Position numbers and translations under genes: made by a program. Below the pieces are notes generated by a model, which ran no database searches, was not told the origin of the DNA, and saw only the letters and a list, made by a program, of their open reading frames with translations. DNA of 63,548 nt, the filler included, from Jimgerdemannia flammicorona (taxonomy: Eukaryota): assembly GCA_003990765.1 (NCBI GenBank). It is 3 parts of 3 records of this genome, joined end to end, with 100 filler letters (N's around TTAATTAATTAA, not from the genome) between each part and the next. Parts side by side here need not be neighbours in the genome. Positions count along the whole stretch, not along the records: positions 21,219 to 42,336 come from RBNJ01001528.1; positions 42,437 to 63,548 come from RBNJ01001529.1; 1 more part is not named here. One strand, written 5' to 3'. Shown one piece after another: positions 36,201 through 51,300 of this stretch (position 1 is the stretch's first letter; the number at the start of each line of letters is the position of its first letter).

Positions 36201-38123
36201 GATGTTCTGCCCAACAGTAGGCAGCCTACTCACCAGCGACAACCACTAGCTCTGCCTTCCTCACCTCATCCACCTCATATCTCTCCTCTTCCAGGAAGAT
36301 CACAAGAATCTCCACCTTCAGTACCTCCACCACCCCATCTCTTTGCAGAATCTGTGCCCAATGCTCCTCAGGCATTATACATAGGTCCACTTCTTCCAGT
36401 GCCTCAGCCACAAGGTTATTTATCACCTTACTCATCTACAGCAAGTTCCCCACCTCCTTCCCTCCAGGAGTTCCAGGCCTCCCTGCATCCAGCATTGTAG
36501 TATCAGCTCCTATACTGGCAGCCTCATCCCACTTCTCCTCTGGGATATCCACTAGCTCATCCTCACCAACTGCCACTACCTGGCCCCCTTTTGCCACATC
36601 TGGGACCCCAAAGTGAACTCACTGGGCTCCTGCATCAGTATATTCTCTGCCGCCCCTCTCTTCCCAACCAGGCCCCTCCTGACAAGTGGGGGGGGGGGTG
36701 CCATCCAAATCCTCCTCCCAAACTTTGAAAGTACTGTTGGTATAGGAATCCTTGCCCAGCACCTTCCCAGCCTCTTCTTTGGTCGCCACCACCTCCTCTC
36801 CTCCTTTGTCAGCCCATATGCTGGCTTTGATGCCTCCAGTCTCCTCAGCCTCATCCACCTTCCTCTTCACCCCTTCTTTTATACTTGCCAACAGCTCTCT
36901 CTGCCTCTTATGCCCCTGGGCCCACTCCCACTACCTCCTGTCAGTATAGATATGTTTTCCATCCACCACTTCCAGATGTGTCAACTCTTCAAACAGCATC
37001 CAGGCTTTTGTCCTCCTCTCTACAGTGCTACTCAGCTCCTTCAGAGCCTCCATCAAGTCCTCCTCCTCCTCTTCACTCCCTTTCACCCTCGATACCTTAC
37101 AGATAAAACCCCCCACATCAGCACTGAGGGCCAGACACTTGTCTTCTCCATGGCCTCCTTCTCTACCAGCCAAATCCTAACATCAACATTGCCTGTCCTG
37201 AACATAGTCCCCTCTCACATCTGGAAGCCAATGTCCACTACATCCCCATACTCTACCATCACCTCCTCCACTCTTCTCCTGGTCTCCTCCTTTGTCACTA
37301 TAGGTACTCCCCTCACCAGAAGCTGTACCACTCTGGGGTCCCACCTCAAGCACTATACCATGGAGACCACCACTTCCCCAACCACTACTCTAATCTTCAG
37401 GGTCTTGTCCAGTGGGCCCACCTTCTCAAAGCCCACCTCAACCCCTTCCAGACCCTTCAGAAACTTCACTGAGGCTGCTCCAGCCACCTGCTTTGAAATA
37501 AGCCCCAGAACCATCCTCACCATCACTGCTAAGCCCCAGAAGCACAAGGTGGCCACAAACTCCAAGATTGATTTCTTGAGTAATGGTGCCCCACTAGTCC
37601 CATCACACTATCAGCCAGGTCCCCCTTCCTTTTCAGGTCCATCTGCCCAGCTCCCACATCAACCATCACATGCCAGATTTCCAGTCATGCTACCATCAGC
37701 AGTCCTGCCACTACCCCCAGCAGCCACTCCACTTCCCCCACCTCCCACTGGCAAAGGCCCAGCACCCCCAGTATTCCCAACCTTCTGCTTCCTCTTCCCT
37801 CCTGCCTGTCTACTGTGAGCTCCCATCAGCCAACCTCCAGTCCTCAGCATATCCACAAAGCTCCTCCCCTACTGCCCTCCAGCCCCTCCACCAGTACTGC
37901 CTCTACTGCCCAAGCTGCCCTACCCACTTGAGCCACCAAAGGACCCCATTCCAAGCTCATATCCTCTTCTGACATATTGCCAGTTGAAGACCTCAGATCT
38001 GCCTGATCTAGTACATGTATTGGTTTGCTTGCTGATTGACATTATCTTAGTACCTTTCTCCAATAAATGACTTGAAATTATATTGTAAAAGTGTATATAA
38101 CATAAATTGTAGTGGAGAAAGAT
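33263..38123 (-). mobile_element. LINE copy b (ORF1 36022-38042), 5' intact, 3' cut by copy a
   Basis: Colinear with copy a across ORF1, APE and RT. Confidence 0.92.
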
Positions 38124-41100
38124 ATATAGCACTCCTTACAATCAAAGTCTTCTCTCTCTATAAGATGATCTGAGCAAAAGTTAAGCATAATATTCCTCCA
38201 TAGTATGCACTATTAAACTACTTAGTACTTAGGTAATAACTATTGTCTTATCATTACACTCTAAGCCCAGATACCATTCTAGTCCCACTCCTCTTCAATT
38301 TCAGCTATCTGTCAACTGCTAGACCATATATCCTGTCCCATTCCCCTCTGTCACTCTACCCTATCACCAATATCAAAGTCTATAAGGAGAGTATTCCCCA
38401 GCAATACTTGATCCCATCTCCACATTGCTGGGCCCCAAGATACTACTCCTTCATCTCTCTACCAGTGAATTCTGATATGGTGAGCCCCATCTACTACTCT
38501 CCACTAGAAGCCCTTATATGTCCAACCAAGGACAATAAATCTCCAGTCACTCCTCTTGGTGAGCACCACATCTCTCAGACCTTCTTCATTAGAGAAACCC
38601 AACTACCCCCCTTCAGTTCTACTGCTCTTTTCAGCCACCATGCTTGCAGACAATATAGTCTCTTCAGGAAGTCAATCAGCCTAAAGCCCCCTCTAGTCAC
38701 TAGTAATGACAAGATCTCCCAGCTAATCTGACTCCTCTGCCTAGCCCAGATCCAATCTTTTGCTAGCTTCAATAGCCTCTTTACTACCTAGGCCAGCAAG
38801 TTCAGATGATATGCCAAATACTATAACTTCAGTAGCCAATAAATATTCAAAATTGCAATACACTCTGTCAAAGATATGTGGTAGCCTCCCCAACCTCTCA
38901 GGACCTCCCTCCAGATGACTACTCATTGTTCTTACCAAGTACATATCAGGACCAACTCATATACAGAGAGATAAATACCCAAGTATCTCACTGCCTCTCC
39001 AGCAGGGACAATTGTTCCAATGACATCTCCTTCTACCAGACCATTACCTAATACTACTATTTTACACTTATACTAGTTAAGTTTAGTCCCAGAGTATGCC
39101 TCATATTACTTTACTATTTTTCAGAGTTTCTTGACATCAGCAATTGACCTCAGACTAATTACCATATTATCTACAAAGGATCCAATCTTCCAAACAATGC
39201 TGAATAAGGAGAGCCTTCCTAACTTTTGCCAAATCCTATCCATCAATAGCTCTAAGAACAGAATATACAAAATTAGAGACAGGGGGTCCCTCTGGGATAT
39301 GCTCCTCTCCAGGGAGAATACTATCTCTTTATGGCTATTGTATATAAGTGCTACTCAACTTCTTTCCAGTAGGCTGATCATTGTCACTTGAAACTGCTGA
39401 GGGATATCAATCTTGTCTAGAATCTTTGTCAGCCAGACTTACTGTATATAATTATAGACTTTTTTCTGATCCAAGAAGACCAGCCTCTCATCCAGCCCAC
39501 AGGCTTGAGTCTCTTCAATAATGCTATATACCCAGGCTGTGCCATCTCTAATGAGCTGGCCCCCACAAACTCTCACTGCTTCTCACCCAAAACTTGCTAG
39601 GCTATCTTCTGTAGCCTTGCCACCACCACCTTAGTGACCAACTTCCTATCTATATTCAGAAGCATGATAGACTGCCAATTCTTTCAGTTCTCTCTTCTAC
39701 CTTTGTCCTTGTAAAGCAGTGTCACCAGCCCTAGATTTTGCTCTCCCACTCACCTCCCTGACTATGTACCAAATTACACATCACCATCATCTCTCTCAGT
39801 ATTCCAGATACTTCCAGCATCCTCTTCCAAAAGTCCCAGGATAGCCCATCCTCACCAGGTACTATGTCTAGCATAGTTATGACAAGAACCTGACAAATCT
39901 TCTTCTTCCAAATCAGTATTACTAAATCATCCAGCTCATCTACTTATGGTGGGTACCAATCTCTCAAAGTATGTATAATAGTAGCAGCTATTACTCCATC
40001 CTCCTCCTTACTCTACAAACCACTCCACCTCTTCTTGAGTAAGCCCAGAATATTCTGTGTACCATGCATCAGTAGTTGATGAGTTCAGAACCCCCTCTCA
40101 TCTCTATCTCACCCAAAAGATATTTAGATGGTCTCTCCTCCTCCTCAAGTCTTTATCAGTATAATTGGATAGCTAAACTCTGCACCTATATCTCCTTCTC
40201 TTCCCTTAACACCTGTTATAGCTCATTGACCTCTATTCTAGCTCAGCTTAACTACCAGTCCTCCACCTCCTCTAGAGTTAAAAGATCAGCCCAATTCTTC
40301 AAAAGTTGAGCCAATCTAGAAGAAGCCCAGTTTACTCTCCTTCTTCTTTATCTGTCTACCACCTCTCCTGTCTCCCTCTAATAAACCCTAGTCACTCTCT
40401 TCAATCTTACTCACTGAATACCAATTGTTACACCCTCTTATATCCAACTCTCTATTCTCTGCTGAATGTTCTCTGCCCACTTGTTTCACAATGTCTTCTC
40501 AGCTAATAAAGAGGAATTTAGGTATCAATGTTCAGGCCCATCCTTACTCTCTCCAAAATGTCCCTGTCCCAATAGCCCCCAATGATCAGACCACAGACAC
40601 CACTCAGCCTCTAGTGACTTCCAAACATCTAGCCCCCAACAATCTACCATCAGTACCTAGTTGATCCTCATTTCCAGATCATTCACCCAGTGTATATATA
40701 CTTATCTATCTCCCCAAAATCCTCTTCCAGTATCTACCAGAGAGGCCAGCCTTTCCACATCCTCCTATACCACCAGGCCCCTACTCCTACCCTCAGCACT
40801 CTTTCCTCCATCAGTCCTATCCATCTATATATCTCTGACCATATTAAAGTCTTTTCTGAGAATGTCCACTCTGGTCTCTGTGAGGACCCCACTTTCCCTA
40901 AGACCCTCCACTCACTCCACCCACTCACTCTATACAGTAGAACAGTAATATGAACCCATGATAACTGGCTCCCAACCAGGTTAACACCACTCTCCCCATA
41001 CCAGCCAGTCCCCCCAGCCCTCTACATCCTGTATCTCCCCCTTGCCTCTCTAAACCAAGATTCCAACCTTGCCCTTCCATACTGCCACACCTTTCCATTT

Positions 41101-42336
41101 CCTCATTCACTCCATTCTATTCAAGTCATCCTCATATCTGATATCCTGCAACAGAAAGAGATCAGCCTTCAATCTTTTAATCTATGAAAAAATATTCTGT
41201 CTTTATACCAATCCTCACAATCCATAGAGAAAATATTTATTGTACTATTTATAAGAAATAATATTAAGTATCATACTCTTCCTCTATAAGTCTACATTCA
41301 TCCTCTCTTGTACTAAGTCCAAGTTATGTTCTATATCCAATCCCTCCTCTTCAGCTGTCTTAGCCTCCAATCCAACCAGAAGTTCAGCCATCTCACCATT
41401 CTCCTTTTTCTTGAAGTCCTCTTGATACTCCAGGCAGGCCTCCTGCCAGAGCTACAATTCATAACACTCTGCCCAACAGAAGGCAGCCCTCTCACCAGTA
41501 ATAACTACCAGCTCAGCCTCTCTCTCCTTATCAACCTCATACCCTTCCTCCTCTAGGTAAATTGCAAGTATCTCTGCCTTCAGTGCCTCCACCACTCTAT
41601 CACTATATAGAACCTATGCCCAATACTCATCACTTATCACTCTCAGATCTACTTCTTCTAACTCTTCAGCTATAAAGTTATTCATCATCTGGCATATTTA
41701 TAGTAGGTTTCCCACTTTCTTCCTCCCTGGGGTCACTGGCCTTCCTGCATCCAGCATTGAGGTATCTGCCCCTATACTCACCATCTCATCCCACCTCTTC
41801 TCTGGGATATCTATCAGTTTATCCTCACCAACTACCACTATCTGTCTCTCTTTTGCTATCTCAGACACTCCAAAGTGCACATGCTAGGCACCATGCATTG
41901 ATATATCCTCCACCACCCAGTCCCTTACAGCTGGACCTCATTTAACCAGAGGGGGAGTATCCTTCCAGACTTTGAATATACCATTAATATATAGATCATT
42001 ACTCAGTATCTTCTCTATCTCATCTAGACCCTTTTCTCTATCTCTTCTATTCTTACTGGCCCAAATACTTGCTTTAGCTCTCCCAGACTTCTCAACTCTA
42101 CCAGCATCCTTCTCCACTCTATTTTCTAGACTCACCAACAACTCTTTCTATCTCTTGTACCCCTGAGACCTCTCCTACAGCCTCTTGTTAACTTGGACCT
42201 GTTTCCTATCTATAATCTCCAAATGTATCAACTCTATATAAGCCTTCCAAGCCTTTGCCCTCTGCTTTACAGCTCCACTCATCTCCTCTAATATCTCCAA
42301 CAAATCCTCTTCCTCCTCCTCATTTCTCTTTTTTTT
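38124..42336 (-). mobile_element. LINE copy c, more decayed; ORF2 plus the 3' half of ORF1; 3' cut by copy b
   Basis: Same RT and APE motifs (GGFRLIDFLKRL, GDPLS). Ends in a T run at the gap. Confidence 0.88.
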
Positions 42337-42436
42337 NNNNNNNNNNNNNNNNNNNNNNNNNNNNNNNNNNNNNNNNNNNNTTAATTAATTAANNNNNNNN
42401 NNNNNNNNNNNNNNNNNNNNNNNNNNNNNNNNNNNN
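42337..42436. other. Assembly gap with artificial linker, flanked by T runs
   Basis: 44 N + TTAATTAATTAA + 44 N. Confidence 0.97.
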
Positions 42437-45400
42437 TTTTTTATAATCACTTGGACTCTACCATTTATTACCCATCTATTAATAATTTTACAGTTTACCC
42501 TCCCACTACCCAATCCCCATAGGGGTGCCACTCTGTCTACCCACATGAACAAAGACCACTTTCTCACCCACAACACCAACCCTCCCCCCACTCTGCCTAT
42601 AGATTTGTTCTACCAAGCAATGCCTTCAACCCCCCTTCAATCCCCAACCAAGCCACCAGCCCATCAAGGTGTCTTCCATAAGACTATGCCACCTCATCAG
42701 CCTGACCTTGGAGCCAAGTTTCCTCTCATCCTCAAAAACAAATGACCAGTGACTAGCCAGCCCCACCCAAATGGCCAAAGCCCAACCTAGCATCAGCCAT
42801 TCCTTCCCCACCCCCCCCTCCAGTCTGCCCCTTAAATCCTCCCATCACCCCTGTACATCAGCTCCCCTACACATAACTCCCAGATGATCCCCAATGTTCT
42901 GCCAAAAGGTACTAAGTACCTCATACTCTCCTAGCTAATGTTTAGGCATCTGTACATATCCCCCTTCCTGCCCTACATTATAACACTCTTCACAGTCAAA
43001 GCAGCCTCCCTCGATAAGGTGACCAGAGTGGAAGTTTAGCATGACATTTCACCTCAGCACACACCACCAGACTACCCAGTACTTCAGTGGCAGCCACCTC
43101 CTCACCTTGGCACTCCAGGCCCAAATGCTATGCCAGTCCCACTCCTTGCCAATTCCTACACTCTGCCAACTGCTGGGCCACAGATCCTGGCCTAGTCCCC
43201 ATTGGTATTTGATTCCATCACCAATGTCAAACTCAATTAAGAGAATGCCACCTAGTAACACTCAGTCCCATCTCCACATCACCAGGTCTCAAGCCTCCTC
43301 CCCTTCATTTCCCTGCTACCTAATTCCAATGCAATGCACCCCCTCTGCCACTCCCCACCAGAAGCCTTTGTATTGCAAATGTCCAGAGTTCTGAAGGCCC
43401 ACAAGTGCTAGGAGATCACCAGTCAAACCCCTCGGAGAGGACCTCATCTCCCAGACTTTCTACAGTAGGGGAACCCAATCACCCCCTCTCAACTCCACTG
43501 CTCTCTTCAGCCACCATGCTCTCAAGCAGTGCAGCCTCTTAGGAAAGTCAACCAGCCCAAGTCCCCCACTTGCCACCAGTAAGGACAAGACCTCCCAGTT
43601 GATCTGACTCTGCCTTCCAGCCCAGATCTACCCCTTGGCCAGCTTCATCAATTGCTTCACTACCCAAGCTGGGAAGTCCAGATGATAAGTCAGATACTAC
43701 AACTTCAGCAGCCAATAGACATTCAGAATCGAAATGCATTCTGCCAGAGACAGTTGGCAGCCCCCCCAACTCTGCAGGGCCTCTCCCCAGATACCAACCC
43801 ACTGCTTCCACCAAAGTCTGGGCAGAACTGACCCATATACTGACAGATAAATATCCAAGTATCATACTGCCTCACCAGCAGGGACAATGGTACCAATAAT
43901 CTCACCTCCCACCAGACCATTATCTAACACCATTGTTTTGCACTTATACTAATTAAGCCTAGCCCTAGAGTTTGCCTCATATCATTCCACTGTTTTCTTG
44001 AGCTTCTCAACATCTGCAACTGATCCCAGACTAACAACTATGTCATCCACAAATGCCCCTACTTTCTACCCAATGCCAAATATAGAGAGCCCCCCTATCT
44101 TCTGCCTGATTTGGTCCATGAAGGGCTCTAGAGACAAAGCATACAAAATGGGGGACAGTGGGTCCCCCTGGGGCACCCCCCTACCCAGGGGAAATGCTAC
44201 TCCTCTATGTCCATTACACATGAGTGCTGCCCTACTTCCTTCCAGTAGACTGACCATAGTGGTCCTGAACTGTTGCAGGGCCCCAATCCTATCCAAAACT
44301 TTCACCAGCCAGACCTATCGCACTCAGTCATAGACCTTCTCCTGGTCCAAAAAGACCAGATGCCCATCCAGTCCACTGGCTCATGCCTCTTCAATAACAC
44401 CATGTACCCATGCCATGCCATCTCTGATGAGCTGGCCTCCAACAAAGTCCCACTGCTCCTCACCCAAGACTTGCTGGGCCACCTTTTGCAACCTTGCGAC
44501 CATCACTTTAGTAACCAACTTTCAGTCCATATCCAGTAGCATAATCAGCCTCCAGTTCTTCCAGTCCTCTTGGCTCCCTTTATTCTTATAAAGCAATGTC
44601 ACCAACCCTAGATCCTGTTCTCCCACCCATCTCCCCATCTGTAGAATCCAATCACACAGTACCATCATCTCTCCCAGTACTCCAGGGACTCCCACCATCT
44701 TTTTCCAGAAGTCCCAGGGCAGACCATCCTCCCCAGGTGCTGTACCCAAGTTGTTGTGGCAAGAACCTGGTAGATCTCCTCCTCTAGCACTAGCAGTACT
44801 AAGTCACCCAACCTATCTGCTTGGGTAGGGTGCCAATCCTCCAATGCTCGATCAATGTCCTCAGCATCTGCCCCACCCTCCTCCTCACTCCACAATCCAC
44901 TCCAATGCTCCTTTAATGATCCAAGAATGTCTTGTACTCTATGCACTAATGAACCATTGGCATTAAGCACCCCTTCCCACCTTTGCTGCACCCTTCTCAC
45001 CTGAAGGGCTCTTGTAAGAAACTTTGAGGGCTGCTCTCCTTCCTCCAGCCCCTGCCAATGAAGCTGTGCCACCAGACCCTGGACCCTTGCCTCTTCCTCA
45101 TTCCACAGCATCTGTTGTAGTTCAGCCACCTCTATTCTTAACCTTATCAATCACCAGTCCTCCTCTCCCTCTAATGTTGCCAATCTTGCCCAGTCCTTTA
45201 AGAGTCTAGATAGTCTACTAGATGCCCACTGCACCCACTACCTCCTCTGTCTCCCAGCCTTCAGACCAGCCTCCCTCCAGAAGGCCCTGGCCATCTCTTT
45301 TATCCTCATCTACCAAATATCAACTGGGACACCTTTCTGCCTCCAGCACTCCACCTGCATTTGAAGAACTTCAGCCCATTTATCCTATTGGACCTTATCA

Positions 45401-48305
45401 TCTAGTAAAGAGGAATTGAGATACCAATGTCTAGGCCCATCCCCACTCTGCCCAAAATGTCCCTGCCCCAGAAGCCCCCAATGATCTGACCATGGACACC
45501 ATTCCACCTCCAGTGACTTCCAAACATCCAAGCCCCAGCAGCTGGCTGTCAGAATCCAATCAATCCTTGTCTCCAGGCCCCCAGCCCAGTGCATGTACAC
45601 CCTCCTATTCCCCCAACATTCCCTACCTGCATCCACCAGAGCACTCAGTCTTTCCACTTCCTCTCATGCTATCAGTCCTCTACTCTGACCCACAGCTCCT
45701 TATCCTCCATCAGTTCTATCCCTCAATATGTCTCGGACCATATTGAAGTCCCCACTGAGCACATCTACCCCAACCCACACAAGAATTCCACTCTCCTGTA
45801 GGCCTGTCACCCAATTCACCCACTTGTCTTGTACTGCAGAGTAGTAATAGGAGCCCACCATAACTGGCCCCCAACCTGTGTATATCCATTCTCCCCAGAC
45901 CAATCTATCCCCCCAGCTCTGCACATCCTGTATCTTTCCTCTGCCCTTCTATACTAGAATTCCAACCTTGCCCTTCCAAACTGTCTCACCTCTCCACTTC
46001 TTTGTCCATTCCAGTCTATCCAAGTCATCCTCACACTGGACATCCTGCAAGAGGAAAAGATCAGCCTCCAAATTCTTCAGCCAAGTAAAAATGTTCTTAC
46101 ATTGATAAGCACCCTGTAACCCATTCACATTCAAAGAAAAAATATTGATTGTACTATTCATAAGGGGAATTATATAGTTTCAGATATGTCCTCTACTGCT
46201 CCATGTCCACCTCCTCCTGTGCCCTATCTAGGTTGCACTCCACAATAGCTTCTGCTTCCTTGGTCCTCTTAGCCTTCAATTCCACCAGGATTTCAGCCAT
46301 CTCTCCATCTTCCTTTTCCTCAAACTCCTCTTGGTACTCCAAACAAGTCTCCTGCCAGAGCTGTAGTCCATGCTGCTTAGTCCAACAGTGGGCAGCCTGC
46401 TCACCTGCCACAACTGCCAGAGCAGCTTCCCTCTCCTTATCTACCTCATACCCCTCCTCCTCCAAGTATACCACCAGAATTTCTGCCTTTAATGCTGCCA
46501 CCACTCCATTGCCCTGCAGGATCCTTACCCAATGCTCATCACTCATCACTCAAAGGTCAACTTCCCCCAGCTCTTCCACAGCCAAGTTGTTCATCATCTG
46601 GTATACCCAGAGTAAGTTTCCTACCTCCTTTCCTCCTGGGGTCGCTGGCCTCCCTCCATCCAACATTATAGTATCAGCCCCTACACTCGCCAACTCATTC
46701 CATCTCTTCTCTGGGACATCCACCAATTCCTCTTCTCCAGTCACCTCTACCAATCCCCCCTTCTCCACATTTGGGACTCCAAAGCACACCTGCTGAGCAC
46801 TGTACATCAGTACATTCTCCACCACCCTGCCTCTTGCTGCTGGACCCCTTCTGATAAGAGGAGAGGGTGAAGGTGAATTCTCCCAGGTTTCCTCCCAAAC
46901 CTCCAGTGTGTCATCTTCATATGGATTCTTGCTCAGCACCTTTATGGCCTCCACCCGCCCCCTCTCCTCATTCTCTCCACCACTAGCAGCCCAGACACTC
47001 ACCTCAGTACCTCCAGTGATTGTACTATCACTTGCCTTCCTCGTTACCTCCACCCCCATTTTCACCAACAATTCTCTCTGCCTTCTGCGCCCTTGGGACC
47101 TCTCCCACACCTCCTTGTTAATGCGGACTCACTTCTCTCCAACCACCTCAAGATGTGTCGCCTCCTCAAATGCCTTCCATGCTTTTGCCCTCCTCTCTAC
47201 CACTCCACTCAACTCCTCCAGTGCTTTCAGCAAATCCTCCTCCTCCTTCTCACTCCCCTTTACTCTCATTACCTTGCACAAGATAGCCCCCCACACCATC
47301 ACTGAGGGCCAGTCCCGAGCCTTCCCAGTAGCCTACCACCCCGCCAACCGAATCCTGATGTCAACATCTCCTATCTGGAGAGAGGTTCCTTCCCATACTC
47401 TGAACCCAATATCAACTACCTCCCCATACTCTGCCATGATCTCTGTGACTCTCTTCCTCATCTCTACAGCAGTAACAGTGGGGACTCCTTTCACCAGAAG
47501 CTGCACTACTCTCAGGTCCCACTGCAGACATCTCACCATCAGTACACACACCTTGCCCACTTTCATCCCAGCCTTCAAAGCCTCCTCCAGTGGCCCAGCC
47601 TCCTCAAATCCCACCTCCACCCCTTCTAGGCCCTTCAGGAACTTAACAGATACTGCACCACTCATCTGCTTCATGATCAGCCCCAGAACGATTTTTGCCA
47701 TCACTGCCAAGCCCCGGAAACACATTGTGACTGCAAATTCTGAGATTGACTTCTTGAGTAACAGAGCTACTGTCAGTCCCATTATACCATCCACCAGGTC
47801 CCCAGGCCTCATACCCTTCCCACTGCTTGGCTCACCATCAGTAGTCCCATCTAGATTTTTTTCCAGATCACCTGTCACACCCCCATCAGCAGTCCCCACC
47901 TCAGTCACTACTCCCCTAGCTCCACCCCTATGGCCCTCTAGAGAGGTCCCCATGAGGTTGCTGCCTTGTAGCCCTCACTGGCACCTTCCCCCCCCTCAGC
48001 CAGCTCTCCAGTCCAGCTCCCTGCTGACCCCCCTTCACCTTCTCCACAAAGCTCGCTCTGCCAGACACTTGACCTCCAGCTCCACCCCCTCCTCCACCAT
48101 GTCCTCCCACCAGTAGGCCCCTTATACTGCCCCCCAAGCCAGGGCCTCTCCCCACTTGCTGCCATTCGAATGCTCCAGGGCCACCCTGCCCAGTATGCAC
48201 CTCAGGATGCTCATTGGTTGCCATGATACTAATAGCTTGTCTCCAGAAACTGTGTCGAAAGTGTTGCCAAAAGATTGTGTAACCTGAATATTACCAGAGA
48301 AAGAT
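42437..48305 (-). mobile_element. LINE copy d, apparently full length (ORF1 46193-48224; ORF2 from 46161), divergent subfamily
   Basis: MNSTINIFSLNVNGL and GVPQGDPLSPILYAL. The T run at 42437 is the likely poly(A). The 5' end interrupts the RNase H of element D. Confidence 0.92.
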
Positions 48306-51300
48306 GCAATGATATACTCTTTTTTGTCTTCCTTTTGAGCTAGAACCACTCCTAGTTCTTATACACTTGTATCTATCTGAAGGATAAACTTTTGGGTCCA
48401 ATTGGGTCATCTGAGGATGGGTGCCTGGGTCAGTCTGACCTTGAGTTCATCAAATGCTTTTTGTTGTCTGCCAGTTTAGTTGAATTTAGTGTCCTTCTTA
48501 TTGAGTTCATAGATTGGATCTGCAATATTAGAGAATTCTCTGATAAATCTACAATAGTAGAAGGCAAGTCCCATGAAGGCTTGGGCTTCTGTAACAGTGG
48601 TGGGCCTTGGGTATACTACTACTGCTTGTATCTTGAGGGGGTCTGTGTGTATTCTGTCTCGATTGATAACATGGCCAAGGCAGGAGATCTCAATTTCTGC
48701 AAATTTGCATTTCTTGGGCTTGATATACAGGCCATGCTTTCTCAGTCTTTCCATTATCTGCCATATGTACTGCAGGTATTCCTCAGGTGTCTTGCTGTAG
48801 ATAATTATGTCATCAACATAGACTATCATCCATCTTCTCATATTATAGTGGAAGATTTTGTTCATCATTTACTGAAAGCTTGCTGGTGCATTGCACATCC
48901 CAAACAGTATTCATAGGTAGATGTAGGTTCTGTCTGGGGTGATGAAGGCTGACTTTTCACTTGCCAACTCTGTGAGTCTGATTTGGTGGAATCCTGAGTA
49001 TAAGTCCAAGGTGCTATAGTACTGTGCTTCATCTCCCAGTGTTATAAGGATGTCACTGATGAGGGGCAGTGGTTGGCGATCCTTCTTAGTAACTGTATTG
49101 AGCTTTCTGTAGTCAACACAGAGTCTTGGAGTGAATTCTCCAGGTTTGCTTCCTTTTTTTGAGACTAGTACAACTGGTGAAGACCAGGGGCTGCTGGCTT
49201 CTTTGATAATACCAGCTTCTTCCATCTGCTTGATTTCTTCTCTGAGCCATTCTTGGTAGACTGGTGGGACAGGTCTTGCCTTCTAGTAAATTGGTTCAGT
49301 GTCTCTGGTATCTATCTCACAATAGTAGTGTGGGGTCTTTCCCTTGATATCCTTGAAATTCGTGGTGAGGACATCCTTGAATTTGTGGGGTATTTCTTGA
49401 GTTCCTCCTTGAGTGGGAATTTATTTCCAATAGTATAACTGTGCTTGTTTGTGATTTCCTCCTTCTTATGCTCCAGTTCAGTGATCTTGGTACTAGCAAA
49501 TACTCCTCTTCCTGTGGATCTGAATCCTTTCTTTTCTCTTTTTGTTTCCTCCAAATTCTTGACTTCTATGATCCTTGGTTGTAGGATTAGAAAGATCAAC
49601 ATCTGTACCAATCAGTCCTTCTTCTTGACTGGGAATGGAATTATAGGATTATGATTCCTAGCAATGAGCAGGATTTCTCTAGTATAGTTGGAATCAATGA
49701 CTCCTCCTTCAATCATAATTTCGCTTCTGACCAGACTGCTTCTTGTCTTGAGGATCCTGATATGATCCTTTGGGATAGTCATCTCCAGTCTAGTTGCGAG
49801 TAGAGTGGTTGTTTGGGGTTCTCATACAGCTTCTTCTACTGTGGCAATGTCCATTCCAGCTGCATTTTCTGACTTGTATTCTGGCAAGACTGCATCAGGG
49901 TGGGTCCTTCAGATCTTGACCTTAATTTCTTCTTCATCATCACTATCCTCCAGGAGGGCTGGTGGTTCATCATCTTTCTCCTCCTTCTCTTCTCTGACCT
50001 GTTTTTCGAGAGCTTTCTGTCTTCTTTTCTGGTGGATTTTCTTGATTCTGATGGTGCACTGGTAGCAATTATTAATATGCTCCATACAGTACATCTTTAT
50101 TCCATAAGAACAGACTCCTTGTGGTATATAGCCTTCCACAATCTTCTTACACCATTCTTCTTTACTCATCTGTCCAACTTTCTTCTTCAGAGTAGTTACC
50201 ATATAAGCTTCCTCTTGCTTGCTCTCTTCTTCCTCCATATCAGGCAAGACTCCTTTGTTGACATTGATGGGAATTCGTATCTTCTGTCCCTGGTAGGTGA
50301 TTTGCATCTTCTGGACATTGAGATCGATTACTGCCCTGGCTTTGTGAAGCTATTGATTGCCGATGAGAATGTCATAGTTGGTGGTATTGGTTATGATTAC
50401 ATCTACTGGAATAGTTGCTCCTCCAATCTTGATGGAGACTTCTCAGATCTTTCCCAGAGGGGTGGCTCTTGTGCTATCTGCTGTGACAAAAACCAACTTG
50501 GTTGCTTCTTCAACTTCCCAGCCTAGGCAGTCTGCTGCTTTCTTGCTGAGGAGACATCCTCTTGCTCCAGTATTGATGATGGTTTCAAAGACTCTATCTT
50601 TGATTTGGCATGTTGCATAGGCAGAGGTTTTGTGATTGTCTTCACTTTCTTCTCCTGAGTCCTCTTGAACATTATTGGCCTTGGTTATCTTCTATTCTTG
50701 CTCCTTGGTTGTTTCGGTAAGTCCAAATCTCATTTGTTATCTAAATATTGGGATTTCTGTGAGATGACCAAAGGTTGTATTGACCTTTTGTTGGCTAAGG
50801 TCCTTGAAGATATTATACTTGAAAGTCTTGATCTTGCGAAGTTTCTTTTCTTTTTCTCCTTTGCTGGCTGGGGTAGTTCCTCAGATAATATCTTAAACTG
50901 CTTGCTCCAGCTCCATATCTTGGTCCATCTCTTCAGCTTGGATTTCAGTGGCCATTTCCATCTACTTTTCTACTGGGTTCTTCTTGAGTCTTCCTGGTGG
51001 TCTCTTGTAGAGTTCCTTGCAAACATCCTTCTTAGTAGTCTGAGCAGAATAGGCCTCCTATTCTTCTTTATCAGAATCTCCAATTTTCTTGAAGGTAATT
51101 GTATTGGTCTGCTCTCTGTTTTGTGTAGCATTGCTTGGTTGAGCCTTGCACTTAGTTTTGCTCATGTATTCATAGAAGTAGTGGCCTTCTTCTCTGCAGG
51201 TATAGCAGGTGCCTTTCTTCTTATCTGAGGTGGCAACAAACTTCTGAACTGGGCCACGGTTTCTTCTTTGGATTTCTTTTACCATATCTCCCAGGTGGGC

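Noticed and set aside
46908..48116. Long + strand ORFs (402 aa here; 401 aa at 36613-37818)
   Set aside because: Ser/Pro/Thr-rich antisense shadows of the purine-rich LINE ORF1.
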